Notes: generated from the sequence alone by a model not told the origin. Shown: positions 30,544 through 40,102, numbered from the stretch's first letter. The stretch is 64,000 nt of DNA from Candidatus Freyarchaeum deiterrae (GCA_037305845.1 CP147778.1:3136001-3200000), one strand, 5' to 3'. A program made the numbers and translations.

Positions 30544-31347
30544 ATGAATGAAAGGCTATACTTCCAATCAAATGATATTTACATATTTAACGATGACTTT
30601 TTGACCTCAAAGTGCGTTGAGGAGAACTCAATAGACTTGATTGTTACATCGCCTCCCTATAATGTGGATATCCGGTATAATTCTTACGATGATAGAATTC
30701 CACATGATATCTATCTTGAGTTTACTCAAAAGTGGCTTGAGAAAGCATATAACCTTTTAAAGAATGATGGACGCTTCTGCTTAAATATTCCCCTAGATAA
30801 GAACAAGGGAGGACAGCAAAGCGTTTATGCCGATATTGTTACAATTGCGAAGAAAATCGGCTTTAAATATCATTCCACAATTATATGGAATGAACAAAAC
30901 ATTTCAAGACGAACTGCATGGGGTTCTTGGCTTTCTGCTTCCGCCCCATATGTAATAGCACCTGTAGAAATGATTGTAATTTTATACAAAAAGGAGTGGA
31001 AAAAAATCAGTGGAAGCGGAAAATCAGATATAACTAAAGAAGAGTTTATAGAATGGACAAACGGTGTCTGGACATTCATGGGCGAAAGCAAAAAAAGAGT
31101 TGGACACCCTGCTCCCTTTCCCTTAGAACTCCCAAGAAGATGTATTAAACTTTTTACTTTTGTAGGTGATACAGTTCTTGACCCCTTCCTTGGTAGCGGT
31201 AGCACCCTGATAGTATGTGTTTTGACGGAAAGAAAAGGCATAGGCATTGAGATTGATAGAAACTACTGCGAAATCGCTAAACAGAGATTAATAAATGAAG
31301 CAAAAATAAATCAGCTCAAACTTGACACGGTTCAAAAAGAGATGTGA
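30544..31347 (+). CDS. Beta-class amino (N4-C/N6-A) DNA methyltransferase
   Basis: TSPPY precedes HPAPFP and DPFLGSGST; SPPY favours m4C; track start 30523. Confidence 0.92.
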   Translation: MNERLYFQSNDIYIFNDDFLTSKCVEENSIDLIVTSPPYNVDIRYNSYDDRIPHDIYLEFTQKWLEKAYNLLKNDGRFCLNIPLDKNKGGQQSVYADIVTIAKKIGFKYHSTIIWNEQNISRRTAWGSWLSASAPYVIAPVEMIVILYKKEWKKISGSGKSDITKEEFIEWTNGVWTFMGESKKRVGHPAPFPLELPRRCIKLFTFVGDTVLDPFLGSGSTLIVCVLTERKGIGIEIDRNYCEIAKQRLINEAKINQLKLDTVQKEM

Positions 31348-31943
31348 CTATGGGCGAAAGAAGAAAGACAATTGCAGACTTAATCTTGGAATATTTTCGC
31401 GAGCACCCCAAAGAGGATCTGGAACATGGTCCAGTCGTAGATTACGTAGAAGAACAATATCTCAAGCTATATGGAAAGAAACCAAGAGATCCATGGAGAC
31501 AAATACGCAAATTTTATCAAGAAGGTATTTTGATACAAGTCAGAAAAGGAGTTTATAGGTACGACCCTAATCATGTTCAGCACAGAGAGCTGTACGAATT
31601 TCCAAAAGAAGTTAAGGAAGAAATTTTCAAAAGAGATGGTTATAGGTGTGTAGTTTGCGGTAGAGGAAAAGAGGATAGTGTAGAGATAGATGCCGATCAT
31701 AAAATACCACTTGATAAAGGTGGTATGAATACCGTGGAAAATGGGCAGACTCTTTGTTCAGAGCATAACCTTCTTAAAAAGAGTTATTCGCAAACAGAAT
31801 TCGGCAAGAGATTTTTGATAAGGCTTTATGAGGACGCTGTAAAAAAAGGCGACGAAAGAATGATAAATTTTTGCAAGGAAATTTTCGATGTTTATAACAA
31901 ATACAAAGTCAATAGCCACATAAAGAGACCTAATAAAGAATAA
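31344..31943 (+). CDS. HNH endonuclease, probable restriction enzyme
   Basis: CVVCG...DHKIP..KGG.NT.ENGQTLC..HN; abuts the MTase stop. Confidence 0.85.
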   Translation: MTMGERRKTIADLILEYFREHPKEDLEHGPVVDYVEEQYLKLYGKKPRDPWRQIRKFYQEGILIQVRKGVYRYDPNHVQHRELYEFPKEVKEEIFKRDGYRCVVCGRGKEDSVEIDADHKIPLDKGGMNTVENGQTLCSEHNLLKKSYSQTEFGKRFLIRLYEDAVKKGDERMINFCKEIFDVYNKYKVNSHIKRPNKE

Positions 31944-31955
31944 AAACAAAATTAA
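31881..31955 (+). repeat. ~75-bp direct repeat, copy 1 (3' end of the HNH gene)
   Basis: ATTTTCGATGTTTAYAACAAATACAAAGTCAATAGCCACATAAA... recurs at 32955. Confidence 0.9.
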
Positions 31956-32143
31956 AAATGTAGAAATAAAAAAACGCCGAATTCTTTGCAAAAATGTTTA
32001 GCGTAAAGGGATACAATAAAGAAAAGGTGAGAAAGCAGCAAATCCCAAATAAAACCTTTCATCAATAAAAAACCCAAAAACCGAAAAATTCGAAGCCTAT
32101 CCCACGAATAAGTGCTAATCTTGGAAATAGGAGTTAAATCAAT

Positions 32144-32881
32144 ATGAGCAACCCAAAGAAATCAATTGAGATGATAATCGAAAAAATGAAAAGAAGTGAA
32201 ATACATCCAGAAAACGCTTGGCAGGAAATCGGAAGCGTCAAGAATGATTATCTAAAATATGTTAGAGCACATCATCCACAAATAAGGAATCTAGAGCAAT
32301 CTTGGCACAGCTATATCGGTAAAAGGTTTAAGAATTTGATCTATGAAATAGCCAAGAGCTACATTGAAGATATCAAGAAAAAGAATGAACACTTTCAAAA
32401 ATTAGAAATACTAAAAGAAAAAAAACTAAAAAAGAATGACATACTTCTTAGAAAAATAGCCGTAAGGTATGGTGAATATTTAATTGTGCCAGATACTGAT
32501 ATGGCGATAGTGGAATACGATGTAAACGATCCTTGGCATTCCGAAGTCCTAGCTACGATTTCCTGTAAAACAAGCCAAAGAGAGAAGATGGTACAAGCTT
32601 GGTATTGGAAACTGAAATTTCTTTCATCTGATGTTACAAAAAACATTAAAGTTTACCTAGTAACAACAGACTATTACGGAGATTTTGAACCCAAACGAGA
32701 TGAAAAATTCTACAGTAAAAAAATCCGTAACAGAATAATAGCGGAGTACGAACTAGACGGAGTCTACATTTTCAGGGAAGAGCTCACTTGGGAAAGCCAT
32801 AAAATAAAACGTTACGAAAAATTTTTCGAAGATTTGACAAACCTTTTAACAAGATTAGAAGAATCTGATGGAAACGCATAG
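32144..32881 (+). CDS. BsaWI-like PD-(D/E)XK Type II restriction endonuclease
   Basis: PDTD...ISCKTSQREKMVQAWYWKL resembles the KTSLRER..Q..YWK motif of the BsaWI/Ecl18kI family, with deviations. Confidence 0.75.
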   Translation: MSNPKKSIEMIIEKMKRSEIHPENAWQEIGSVKNDYLKYVRAHHPQIRNLEQSWHSYIGKRFKNLIYEIAKSYIEDIKKKNEHFQKLEILKEKKLKKNDILLRKIAVRYGEYLIVPDTDMAIVEYDVNDPWHSEVLATISCKTSQREKMVQAWYWKLKFLSSDVTKNIKVYLVTTDYYGDFEPKRDEKFYSKKIRNRIIAEYELDGVYIFREELTWESHKIKRYEKFFEDLTNLLTRLEESDGNA

Positions 32882-32954
32882 AAAATTTCAAACTATTCTT
32901 TTCATACCTCGCCCATTCGATTTTTCTAACATACATCTATGGTTATACCGCTGC

Positions 32955-33030
32955 ATTTTCGATGTTTACAACAAATACAAAGTCAATAGCCACATAAATA
33001 GACCTGATAAAGAATAGGAACAAAATTAGA
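32955..33030 (+). repeat. ~75-bp direct repeat, copy 2 (orphan HNH 3' end)
   Basis: Near-identical to 31881-31955, with a few substitutions. Confidence 0.9.
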
Positions 33031-33532
33031 AAAGTCTCACTTTTTAAGCCTAATTGGGATAAAATCTTCTTTTAAACCCACAGGGCGTATTTGTCTTTTT
33101 ATTAGGGTTGCTTCTTCCTTTAAGCATGGGTTGCTTGTTCCCTGTTGAAGTTTGTGGGTGTGTTCATAGTGGCATCAGGAAACACAAAAATTGGGGTGGA
33201 ATTTTAGGGGGAGCGCCAAGACTCGCGTTAAGAGCATCGTTCAAACCCTGGCGATAAACAAGTCCTTAAGGAAAAAGAGTTATTAATTCTGTCCCAAAGC
33301 TATATATATATCATATTAATAGGTAAACAGTAATTATAACAATCTTATAGCTTAGCTTTATACCGATTAATGCCTTAAGAATTGTTACCACAGCTATAAT
33401 AGTTCTCTAATGTAACTCAGCCTTCCAAAAAAAAGGTTTCAAAATGGAAAGCGATCGTCACTGGAAATTTACCGGTTTGCCATCTCACTGTAACCTTAGT
33501 GTATAAGAATATAAATCGGAGTTGTTGTAATA

Positions 33533-33970
33533 ATGGAAGATATTTGCCTCAGTAGTTTGAGGAAGCTTCTGAACGAAATAGAAAGCGGGAAACTAATAGA
33601 CGTAAACGGACGCCTCGGTGAATGCTGGGAGGAGTTGTCTCTGAGAGAAAAGGATCCCTCCATTCCCCCCGAAATTATTACCAGGAGCAAAGAAATTCTA
33701 GAGAAGCTGACGGAGATGCTCCGCGAATATAAAGAGAGACCTATTAACGAAGAGAACTTACACGAGATAAGGTCAAAAATATTCGAAGAGCAACCCAAAC
33801 AGGGACGTATCCATGCAGAATTTTCGCACACTAATGAGGAAGACATCTTAGACATGATTTCATTTCTGGAAAAAATTGAACTAAAAATGAAAAAAGGGGA
33901 TTTCACGCCGGAGGAGACGAAGTCGAAAAAAGTTAAAGACTCTAAGAAGCCGTCCTGGTGGTCACCCTAA
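33533..33970 (+). CDS. Hypothetical helical protein
   Basis: 145-aa ATG ORF followed by a T-run. Confidence 0.7.
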   Translation: MEDICLSSLRKLLNEIESGKLIDVNGRLGECWEELSLREKDPSIPPEIITRSKEILEKLTEMLREYKERPINEENLHEIRSKIFEEQPKQGRIHAEFSHTNEEDILDMISFLEKIELKMKKGDFTPEETKSKKVKDSKKPSWWSP

Positions 33971-34162
33971 TTTTTTTATGCCGCCCCCTTTTTGAGGGAA
34001 GTGATTCTTCATCAACTAATCAACAGTCGAGAGATTTATCCCGAGCCTTATTGGTGAGATGAAAAAGTCTTTTCCAACACTCGTAATTTTACTTTTTGAT
34101 AGTAAGAGCTTGTTTATGGTTGATATATAAAGGGAGATATGTCCTAATAAGTTATTTTTGAC

Positions 34163-34285
34163 GTGTTCAGTAAAAGAGCTGATATCGATTTTGCGATTAG
34201 GGGAAGCCTGTTCAGAAATCATACTTCCCTTTTCTGTTAAACTGCCCTCGTAGAACCCGAGGCGGGCAGAGGTGAAAACCCTCTC
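34163..34285 (+). repeat. Repeated hairpin-rich non-coding element, copy 1 (candidate structured RNA)
   Basis: GGGAAG/CTTCCC, CTGCCC/GGGCAG and GGT-GAAA-ACC stems; recurs at 35391, 36635 and 38898. Confidence 0.75.
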
Positions 34286-34355
34286 AAAATGAAAATAAAT
34301 AATTATGTAGCATAGAAACATACTTAAGCTTAGAGTAATATAATATTGTTATAAT

Positions 34356-34370
34356 TATAACTGTGTTATA
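34356..34370. promoter_or_regulatory. Palindromic operator-like site TATAAC-N3-GTTATA upstream of the array genes
   Basis: Perfect here and at 39106-39120; one mismatch at 35588-35602 and 36845-36859; degenerate at 37791-37811. Confidence 0.6.
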
Positions 34371-34394
34371 GCTATAATTATAGCAAGTGAGGTA

Positions 34395-35105
34395 TTGAAA
34401 GTGTCCGAATTAAAAGTGTCTGATTTTAAAATGCTTGAGAAGCCTCCATATAAACTACCCGATCCCAGAACTGAAATAGAGCTAGTTTTGATGAAAAGCC
34501 TAAAAGACGAAGAAAAAATGTATGGTCCCGTATTCACCACCAAACTCATAAACTACACCCTGCAGTACGTTGCTCAAAAATATGGAGAAAAGCCCAAAGA
34601 AGCCATTAAAACCCTGGACCAGCTGGGAGCGTATCTAGTCTCAATATCCAATAAATACCCCAAAGCTTTTACTGCAGCCATTTATGCCCATTTAAAGGTT
34701 GAAAAAGAGTTACAGGGCAGCGCTGGAGCAGGAACTCGGGTTGGAATGATGGCTTTTTCTAGAAATTTAATGAAAAAACCAAGCGCTAAAGAGAGAAATG
34801 TGGACATAGACAATCTTCTAACAACTTTTCAGCAGACTCTTATTCCGTCAAGACTTGCCATGGAAGTGGGATATAAGAAAAATGAAGATGAAAGTGTTAA
34901 CGTAATTTATCCCGACTGCCCAATCAAGGATGCATGCCAAATGGCTTCCCATGAGGACGCGTTAAAACGGGTAATCGGCGGGTTGCAATGTGTTTCCTGT
35001 TCAGGTGTGTGCCAGATTTTAAAACTACTTTCGAGCTATGATTGGGATTACGAACTCTTAGAATTTAACAAACCCCACTGTATAGCGAGGATCTTCATGG
35101 TTTAA
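34395..35105 (+). CDS. Cys-rich V4R/MetOD1-like protein, array copy 1
   Basis: CPIKDAC...QC...VC...HC pattern in a C-terminal alpha/beta domain; five paralogues in tandem. Confidence 0.75.
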   Translation: MKVSELKVSDFKMLEKPPYKLPDPRTEIELVLMKSLKDEEKMYGPVFTTKLINYTLQYVAQKYGEKPKEAIKTLDQLGAYLVSISNKYPKAFTAAIYAHLKVEKELQGSAGAGTRVGMMAFSRNLMKKPSAKERNVDIDNLLTTFQQTLIPSRLAMEVGYKKNEDESVNVIYPDCPIKDACQMASHEDALKRVIGGLQCVSCSGVCQILKLLSSYDWDYELLEFNKPHCIARIFMV

Positions 35106-35390
35106 TCATTGATTCGAGAGGTAGGCTTTCCGAGAAATTTCCACACGAAGACCAAAAACGATATTTTACTATAAATTTCTCTTTCTTCTCATTAACCTCT
35201 GTTTTTGTTAAAAAATCTGAGCAGAGTATAAGGAATTAACTCAATAGTTTTTGTGTTGGGGGAGATTATCCACAATATTCTTATTTGTATGATAAAAAGT
35301 CTTTTTTAAAGCTCGTGCCTTTTTACCGCTGGGAGGTTTTTCTTATGGTTGATATGTCGAGGGAGAGGAATTAATAAGTTAATTTTTGAC

Positions 35391-35506
35391 GGGATCAACA
35401 AGAGCTGTTGTCGGTTTTCGCAATTTGAGGAAAGGCCTGTTTTTGTGACTTTACTTCTCCATTTTAAACTTGCTGGGAAAGCAGAAGTAGGGCAGAGGTA
35501 TAAACC
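35391..35506 (+). repeat. Repeated non-coding element, copy 2 (most diverged)
   Basis: AAGAGCTG...GCCTGTT...TTAAACT...GGGCAGAGG blocks are conserved. Confidence 0.65.
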
Positions 35507-35618
35507 ACGCAGAAGTAAATAATTATGTATCATAGAAACATAATAAGAAAAATTTTAAAGCTGAGGACTATATAATATTATTATGACTATAACGCATTTA
35601 TAATTAGAATAATAGCGA

Positions 35619-36338
35619 GTGAGGTGCAGGAAAATGTCAGACTTAAAAATTACGGATTTTAAAATGCTTGAGAAGCCTCCATATAAACTACCTGAACCCA
35701 GAAGCATGATAGAGTTAGTTATGACGAAAGGGGTAAAAGAAGAAGAAAAAATGTATGGTCCAGTATTCACCACTAAATTCGTAAACTTCACCCTGCAGTA
35801 CGTTGCTCAAAAATATGGAGAAAAGCCCAAAGAAGCCATTAAAACCCTGGACCAGCTGGGAGCGTATCTAGTTTCAATATCCGATAAACACCCCAAAGCC
35901 TTTACTGCAGCCATGTATGCCCATTTCAAGGTTGAAAATGATTTACAGGGCAGCGCTGGAGCAGCAACCCGAGTTACGAGCAGAGGGATTTCTAAAAATT
36001 TCACGGAAGGCACAAGCATTAAAGAGAGAAATATTGACGTAGACCAACTTCTAAAAACTTTTCAGCAGACAATTATTCCGGCAAGAGTTGGCTGCGAAAT
36101 GGGATATAAGAAAAATGAAGAGGGAAGCGTAGACCTAATTTGGCCCGACTGTTATTTTAAGGATGCATGCCAAACGGCTTCCGGTGAGGACGCGTTAAAA
36201 CGGGTAATCGGCGGCGTGCAATGTGAGATCAGTTCAGGTATATGCCAGTTTTTAAAACTACTTTCGAGCTATGATTGGGATTACCAACTCCTAGAATTTG
36301 ACAAACCCCACTGTATATCGAGGCTTTTCATAATCTAA
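35619..36338 (+). CDS. Cys-rich V4R/MetOD1-like protein, array copy 2
   Basis: Paralogue of copy 1; likely start is the ATG at 35634. Confidence 0.75.
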   Translation: MRCRKMSDLKITDFKMLEKPPYKLPEPRSMIELVMTKGVKEEEKMYGPVFTTKFVNFTLQYVAQKYGEKPKEAIKTLDQLGAYLVSISDKHPKAFTAAMYAHFKVENDLQGSAGAATRVTSRGISKNFTEGTSIKERNIDVDQLLKTFQQTIIPARVGCEMGYKKNEEGSVDLIWPDCYFKDACQTASGEDALKRVIGGVQCEISSGICQFLKLLSSYDWDYQLLEFDKPHCISRLFII

Positions 36339-36634
36339 TCATTGATTCGAGAGAGAGGCTTTCAGAGAAAGTTACACACGAAGACCAAAAACGATATTTC
36401 ACTCTAAATTTCTCTTTCTTTTCTTTTTTTAACCTCTGTTTTTGTTAAGAAATATCTGAGCAGAGTATAAGGAATTAACTCAATAGTTTTTGTGTTGGGA
36501 GGGGATTATCCACAATATTCTTATTCGTATGATAAAAAGTCTTTTTAAAAGCTCATAACTTTTTTACCGCTAGGAGATTGTGCTTATGGTTGACATATAA
36601 AGGGAGATAGATGTCCTAATAAGTTATTTTTGGC

Positions 36635-36756
36635 GTGTTCAGTAAAAGAGCTGGTTTCGATTTTGCGATTAGGGGAAGCCTGTTCAGAAACCATAGTTCC
36701 CTTTTCTGTTAAACTGTCCTCTTAGAACCCAGGCGGGCGGAGGTGAAAATCCTCTC
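36635..36756 (+). repeat. Repeated non-coding element, copy 3
   Basis: Close to copy 1; stem reads CTGTCC/GGGCGG, which is G-U compatible on the + strand. Confidence 0.75.
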
Positions 36757-36880
36757 AAAATGAAAAGAAATAATTATGTAGCATAGAAACATAATAAAAA
36801 ACATTTTTATGCTTAGAATCATATAATATTATTATAATTATAATTATAATTACGTTATAGCTAGAAAAATAGCAAGCGAG

Positions 36881-37594
36881 GTGTGGAAAGTGTCCGAATT
36901 GAAAATTTCTGATTTTAAAATGCTTGAAAAAGCTCCATATACAAAGCCCCTTCCGAAAAACAGCATAGAGCTAATAATAAAAGGGTCAATCGAACAAGAA
37001 AAAACGTATGGTCCCATATTCAGTGACCTATACATAAAGCATGCCTTGCGGTTTGCTGCTAAAAAATATGGAGAAACGCCCAAAGAAGCCATTAAAACCC
37101 TAGACCAGCTGATAGAGTATCTAGTCTCAGTATCCGATAAACACCCCGATGCCGCAAACGCAGCCGTATATGCTGGTTTAAAGGCTGAAAGCGATATACA
37201 GGGCAAATCTGGAGCAGGAATTCGGGTTGGACTGATAGGTTTTTTTAGAAGTTTAGGGAAAAAGCCAAGCGCTAAAGAGAGAAATGTGGACATAGACCAG
37301 CTTCTAGCAACTTTTCAGAAGACTCTTATCCAGTTAGGATTAGCTCACTACGAAGTGGGATATAATAAAAATGAAGATGGAAGTGTTAACGTAATTTGGC
37401 CCAACTGTTACATTAAGGATGGGTGCCGATTGGCCAGTGATGAGGGCGCGACAAAACGAATAATCGGCGGGCTGCAATGTGTTTCCTGTTCAGGTATGTG
37501 CCAGATTTTAAAACTACTTTCGAGCTATGATTGGGATTACGAACTCTTAGAATTTGACAAACCCCATTGTATAGCGAGGAGCTTCATGATCTAA
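36881..37594 (+). CDS. Cys-rich V4R/MetOD1-like protein, array copy 3
   Basis: Paralogue; closest to copy 4. Confidence 0.75.
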   Translation: MWKVSELKISDFKMLEKAPYTKPLPKNSIELIIKGSIEQEKTYGPIFSDLYIKHALRFAAKKYGETPKEAIKTLDQLIEYLVSVSDKHPDAANAAVYAGLKAESDIQGKSGAGIRVGLIGFFRSLGKKPSAKERNVDIDQLLATFQKTLIQLGLAHYEVGYNKNEDGSVNVIWPNCYIKDGCRLASDEGATKRIIGGLQCVSCSGMCQILKLLSSYDWDYELLEFDKPHCIARSFMI

Positions 37595-37824
37595 TCATAA
37601 ATTTGAGAGAGAGGCTTTCAGAGAAAGTTCCACATGGAGACCAAAAACGATATTTTACTCTAAATTTCACTCTTTCTTTTCTTTTTTTAACCTCTGTTTA
37701 TGTTAAGAAATATCTACTGCAGCATTCTTATGACCCTGTAGAACTGTAAACAATAATATTTTTATTTTGGATTATATATTATTATTACAGGACTAAAAGT
37801 GTGTTGTAGTCAGAGTAATAGCAA

Positions 37825-38544
37825 GTGAGGTGTTGGAGAATGTCAGAAGTTAAAATTTCTGATTTTAAAATGCTTGAGAAACCACCATATAAACAGCCCC
37901 CTGCAAAAAACACCATAGAGCTAACGATAAAAGGGGCAATCGAAGAAGAAAAAATGTATGGTCCCGTACTCAGTGACAAATACATAAAGCATGCCTTGCG
38001 GTATGCTGCTCAAAAATATGGAGAAACGCCCAAAGAAGCCATTAAAACCCTGGACCAGCTGAGAGAGTATCTAATCTCAATATCCGATAAACACCCCGAC
38101 GCCATTAACGCAGCCGTATATGCTGGTTTAAAGGCTGAAAGCGATATACAGGGAAAATCTGGAGCAGGAATTCGGGTTGGACTGATAGGTTTTTCTAGAA
38201 GTTTAGGGAAAAAGCCAAGCGCTAAAGAGAGAAATGTGGACATAGACCAGCTTCTAACAACTTATCAGCAGACTCTTATTCAGTTAGGAGCAGCTCACTA
38301 CGAAGAGGGATACAGGAAAAATGAAGATGAAAGTGTTGACGTAATTGATCCCAACTGTTACATTAAGGATGGATGCCGATTAGCCCATGACGAAGGCGCG
38401 TTAGGACGGATAACAGGCGGGTTGCAATGTGTTTCCAGTTTCGGCATGTGCCAGATTTTAAAACTACTTTCAAGCTATGAGTGGGATTACGAACTCTTAG
38501 AATTTAACAAACCCCACTGTTTAGCGAGGATTTACATGCTCTAA
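37825..38544 (+). CDS. Cys-rich V4R/MetOD1-like protein, array copy 4
   Basis: Paralogue; likely start is the ATG at 37840. Confidence 0.75.
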   Translation: MRCWRMSEVKISDFKMLEKPPYKQPPAKNTIELTIKGAIEEEKMYGPVLSDKYIKHALRYAAQKYGETPKEAIKTLDQLREYLISISDKHPDAINAAVYAGLKAESDIQGKSGAGIRVGLIGFSRSLGKKPSAKERNVDIDQLLTTYQQTLIQLGAAHYEEGYRKNEDESVDVIDPNCYIKDGCRLAHDEGALGRITGGLQCVSSFGMCQILKLLSSYEWDYELLEFNKPHCLARIYML

Positions 38545-38897
38545 TAATTCGTTAGGGCTAACTTTCAGAGAAATTTCCAAATAAAGACCCAAAACGATCA
38601 TTCACTCTAAATTTCTCTTTCTTTTCATTAACCTCTGTTTTTGTTAAAATGTTAGACATAAGAAACAACGATGGTTACTAACTCAGATAGTTGAGCCTTT
38701 TCTATAACTTCTTAATAAACTCCATTTGTTAGCAGGTTCCTTTATCTTTGGGAGCACACTTAAGGTTGTGCGCCCACTTGAAGGGATGCATTACTGAGGG
38801 TGGATTCCCACCGATTCCTTTCTTGGAAGTTGACATGATTTATTGCAGGGTTTTTCCCGGGACCTCTTCAGGTGGGGAGAGTGGACTCTTTTTTTCG

Positions 38898-39020
38898 GGG
38901 ATCAGTGAAAGAGCTGTTGTCGGTTTTCGCGATTCGGGAAAGCCTGTTTCGGAACTAATTCTCCATTTCGGTTAAACTGCCCCTCTGAGAACCCGAGGCG
39001 GGCAGAGGCGAAAAGTCTCC
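38898..39020 (+). repeat. Repeated non-coding element, copy upstream of gene 5
   Basis: CTGCCC/GGGCAG and GAGGC/GTCTC stems. Confidence 0.75.
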
Positions 39021-39144
39021 CAAAAAAATGAAAAGAAATAATTATGTATCATAGAAACATAATGAGAAACTTTTTAAATCTGGGACTACATAATATTATT
39101 ATGACTATAACGCAGTTATAACCAGAATAATAGCAAGTGAGGTA

Positions 39145-39855
39145 TTGAAAGTGTCCGAATTAAAAGTGTCTGATTTTAAAATGCTTGAGAAGCCTCCGTT
39201 TGAACTACCCGATCCCAGAACTGAAATAGAGCTAGGTTTGATAAAAAGCCTAAAAGACCAAGAAAAAATGTATGGCCCCGTATTCACCACCAAACTCATA
39301 AACTACACCCTGCAGTACGTTGCTCAAAAATATGGAGAAACGCCCAAAGAAGCCATTAAAACCCTGGACCAGCTGGGAGCGTATCTAATCTCAATATCCG
39401 ATAAATACCCCAAAGCCTTTAATGCAGCCGTATATGGCCAATTCAAGGTTGAAAAAGAGTTACAGGGCAGCGCTGGAGCAGCAACCCGGGTTGGAACGAT
39501 GGGGTTTTCTAGAAATTTAGTGGAAAGCCCAAATGTTAAAGAGAGAAATGTGGACATAGACAATCTTCTAACAACTTTTCAACAGACTCTTATTCAGTTA
39601 AAACTCGCCATGGAAGTGGGATATAAGAAAAATGAAGATGGAAGCGTTAACGTAATTTATCCCGACTGTCCCATCAAGGATGCATGCCTAAAGGCTTACG
39701 ATGAGGACGCGTTAAAACGGGTAATCGGCGGGTCTCAATGTGTTTCCAGTTCAGGTGTGTGCCAGTTTTTAAAACTACTTTCGAGCTATGATTGGGATTA
39801 CAACCTCTTAGAATTTGACAAACCCTACTGTATATCGAGGCTTTTCATGATCTAA
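39145..39855 (+). CDS. Cys-rich V4R/MetOD1-like protein, array copy 5
   Basis: Paralogue; closest to copy 1, with patches resembling copies 3/4. Confidence 0.75.
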   Translation: MKVSELKVSDFKMLEKPPFELPDPRTEIELGLIKSLKDQEKMYGPVFTTKLINYTLQYVAQKYGETPKEAIKTLDQLGAYLISISDKYPKAFNAAVYGQFKVEKELQGSAGAATRVGTMGFSRNLVESPNVKERNVDIDNLLTTFQQTLIQLKLAMEVGYKKNEDGSVNVIYPDCPIKDACLKAYDEDALKRVIGGSQCVSSSGVCQFLKLLSSYDWDYNLLEFDKPYCISRLFMI

Positions 39856-40102
39856 TCATTGATCCGCGAGAGAGGCTTTCCGAGAAATTTCCACAGGAAG
39901 ACCAAAAACGATATTTTACTCTAAATTTTTTTCTTTCTTTTCTTTTTTTAACCTCTGTTTTTGTTAAAAAATATTTAAGCAGAGTATAAGGAATTAACTC
40001 AATAGTTTTTGTGTGGAGAGGATCATCCACAATATTCTTATTCGTATGATAAAAAGTCTTTTTTAAAGCTAATAACTTTTTTACCGCTAGGAGATTGTGC
40101 TT

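Noticed and set aside
33205-33256. tRNA-like fragment (GGGGAGCGCCAAG...GTTCAAACCC)
   Set aside because: No consistent cloverleaf stems could be built.
34195-34250. Cobalamin-riboswitch resemblance (AGGGGAAG...GAAATC...CTGCCC) in the repeated element
   Set aside because: Lacks the GCxACTG and B12-box parts, and the spacing is wrong; kept only as an unclassified structured element.
34395-39855. Diversity-generating retroelement as the source of array variation
   Set aside because: No reverse transcriptase in the window, and the differences are not confined to adenines (e.g. CTT/CCT, TCA/GCA, AGC/ACC).
34100-40100. CRISPR or integron interpretation of the repeated spacers
   Set aside because: Repeats are long, degenerate and gene-sized in period; no cas genes, integrase or attC-like sites are visible.
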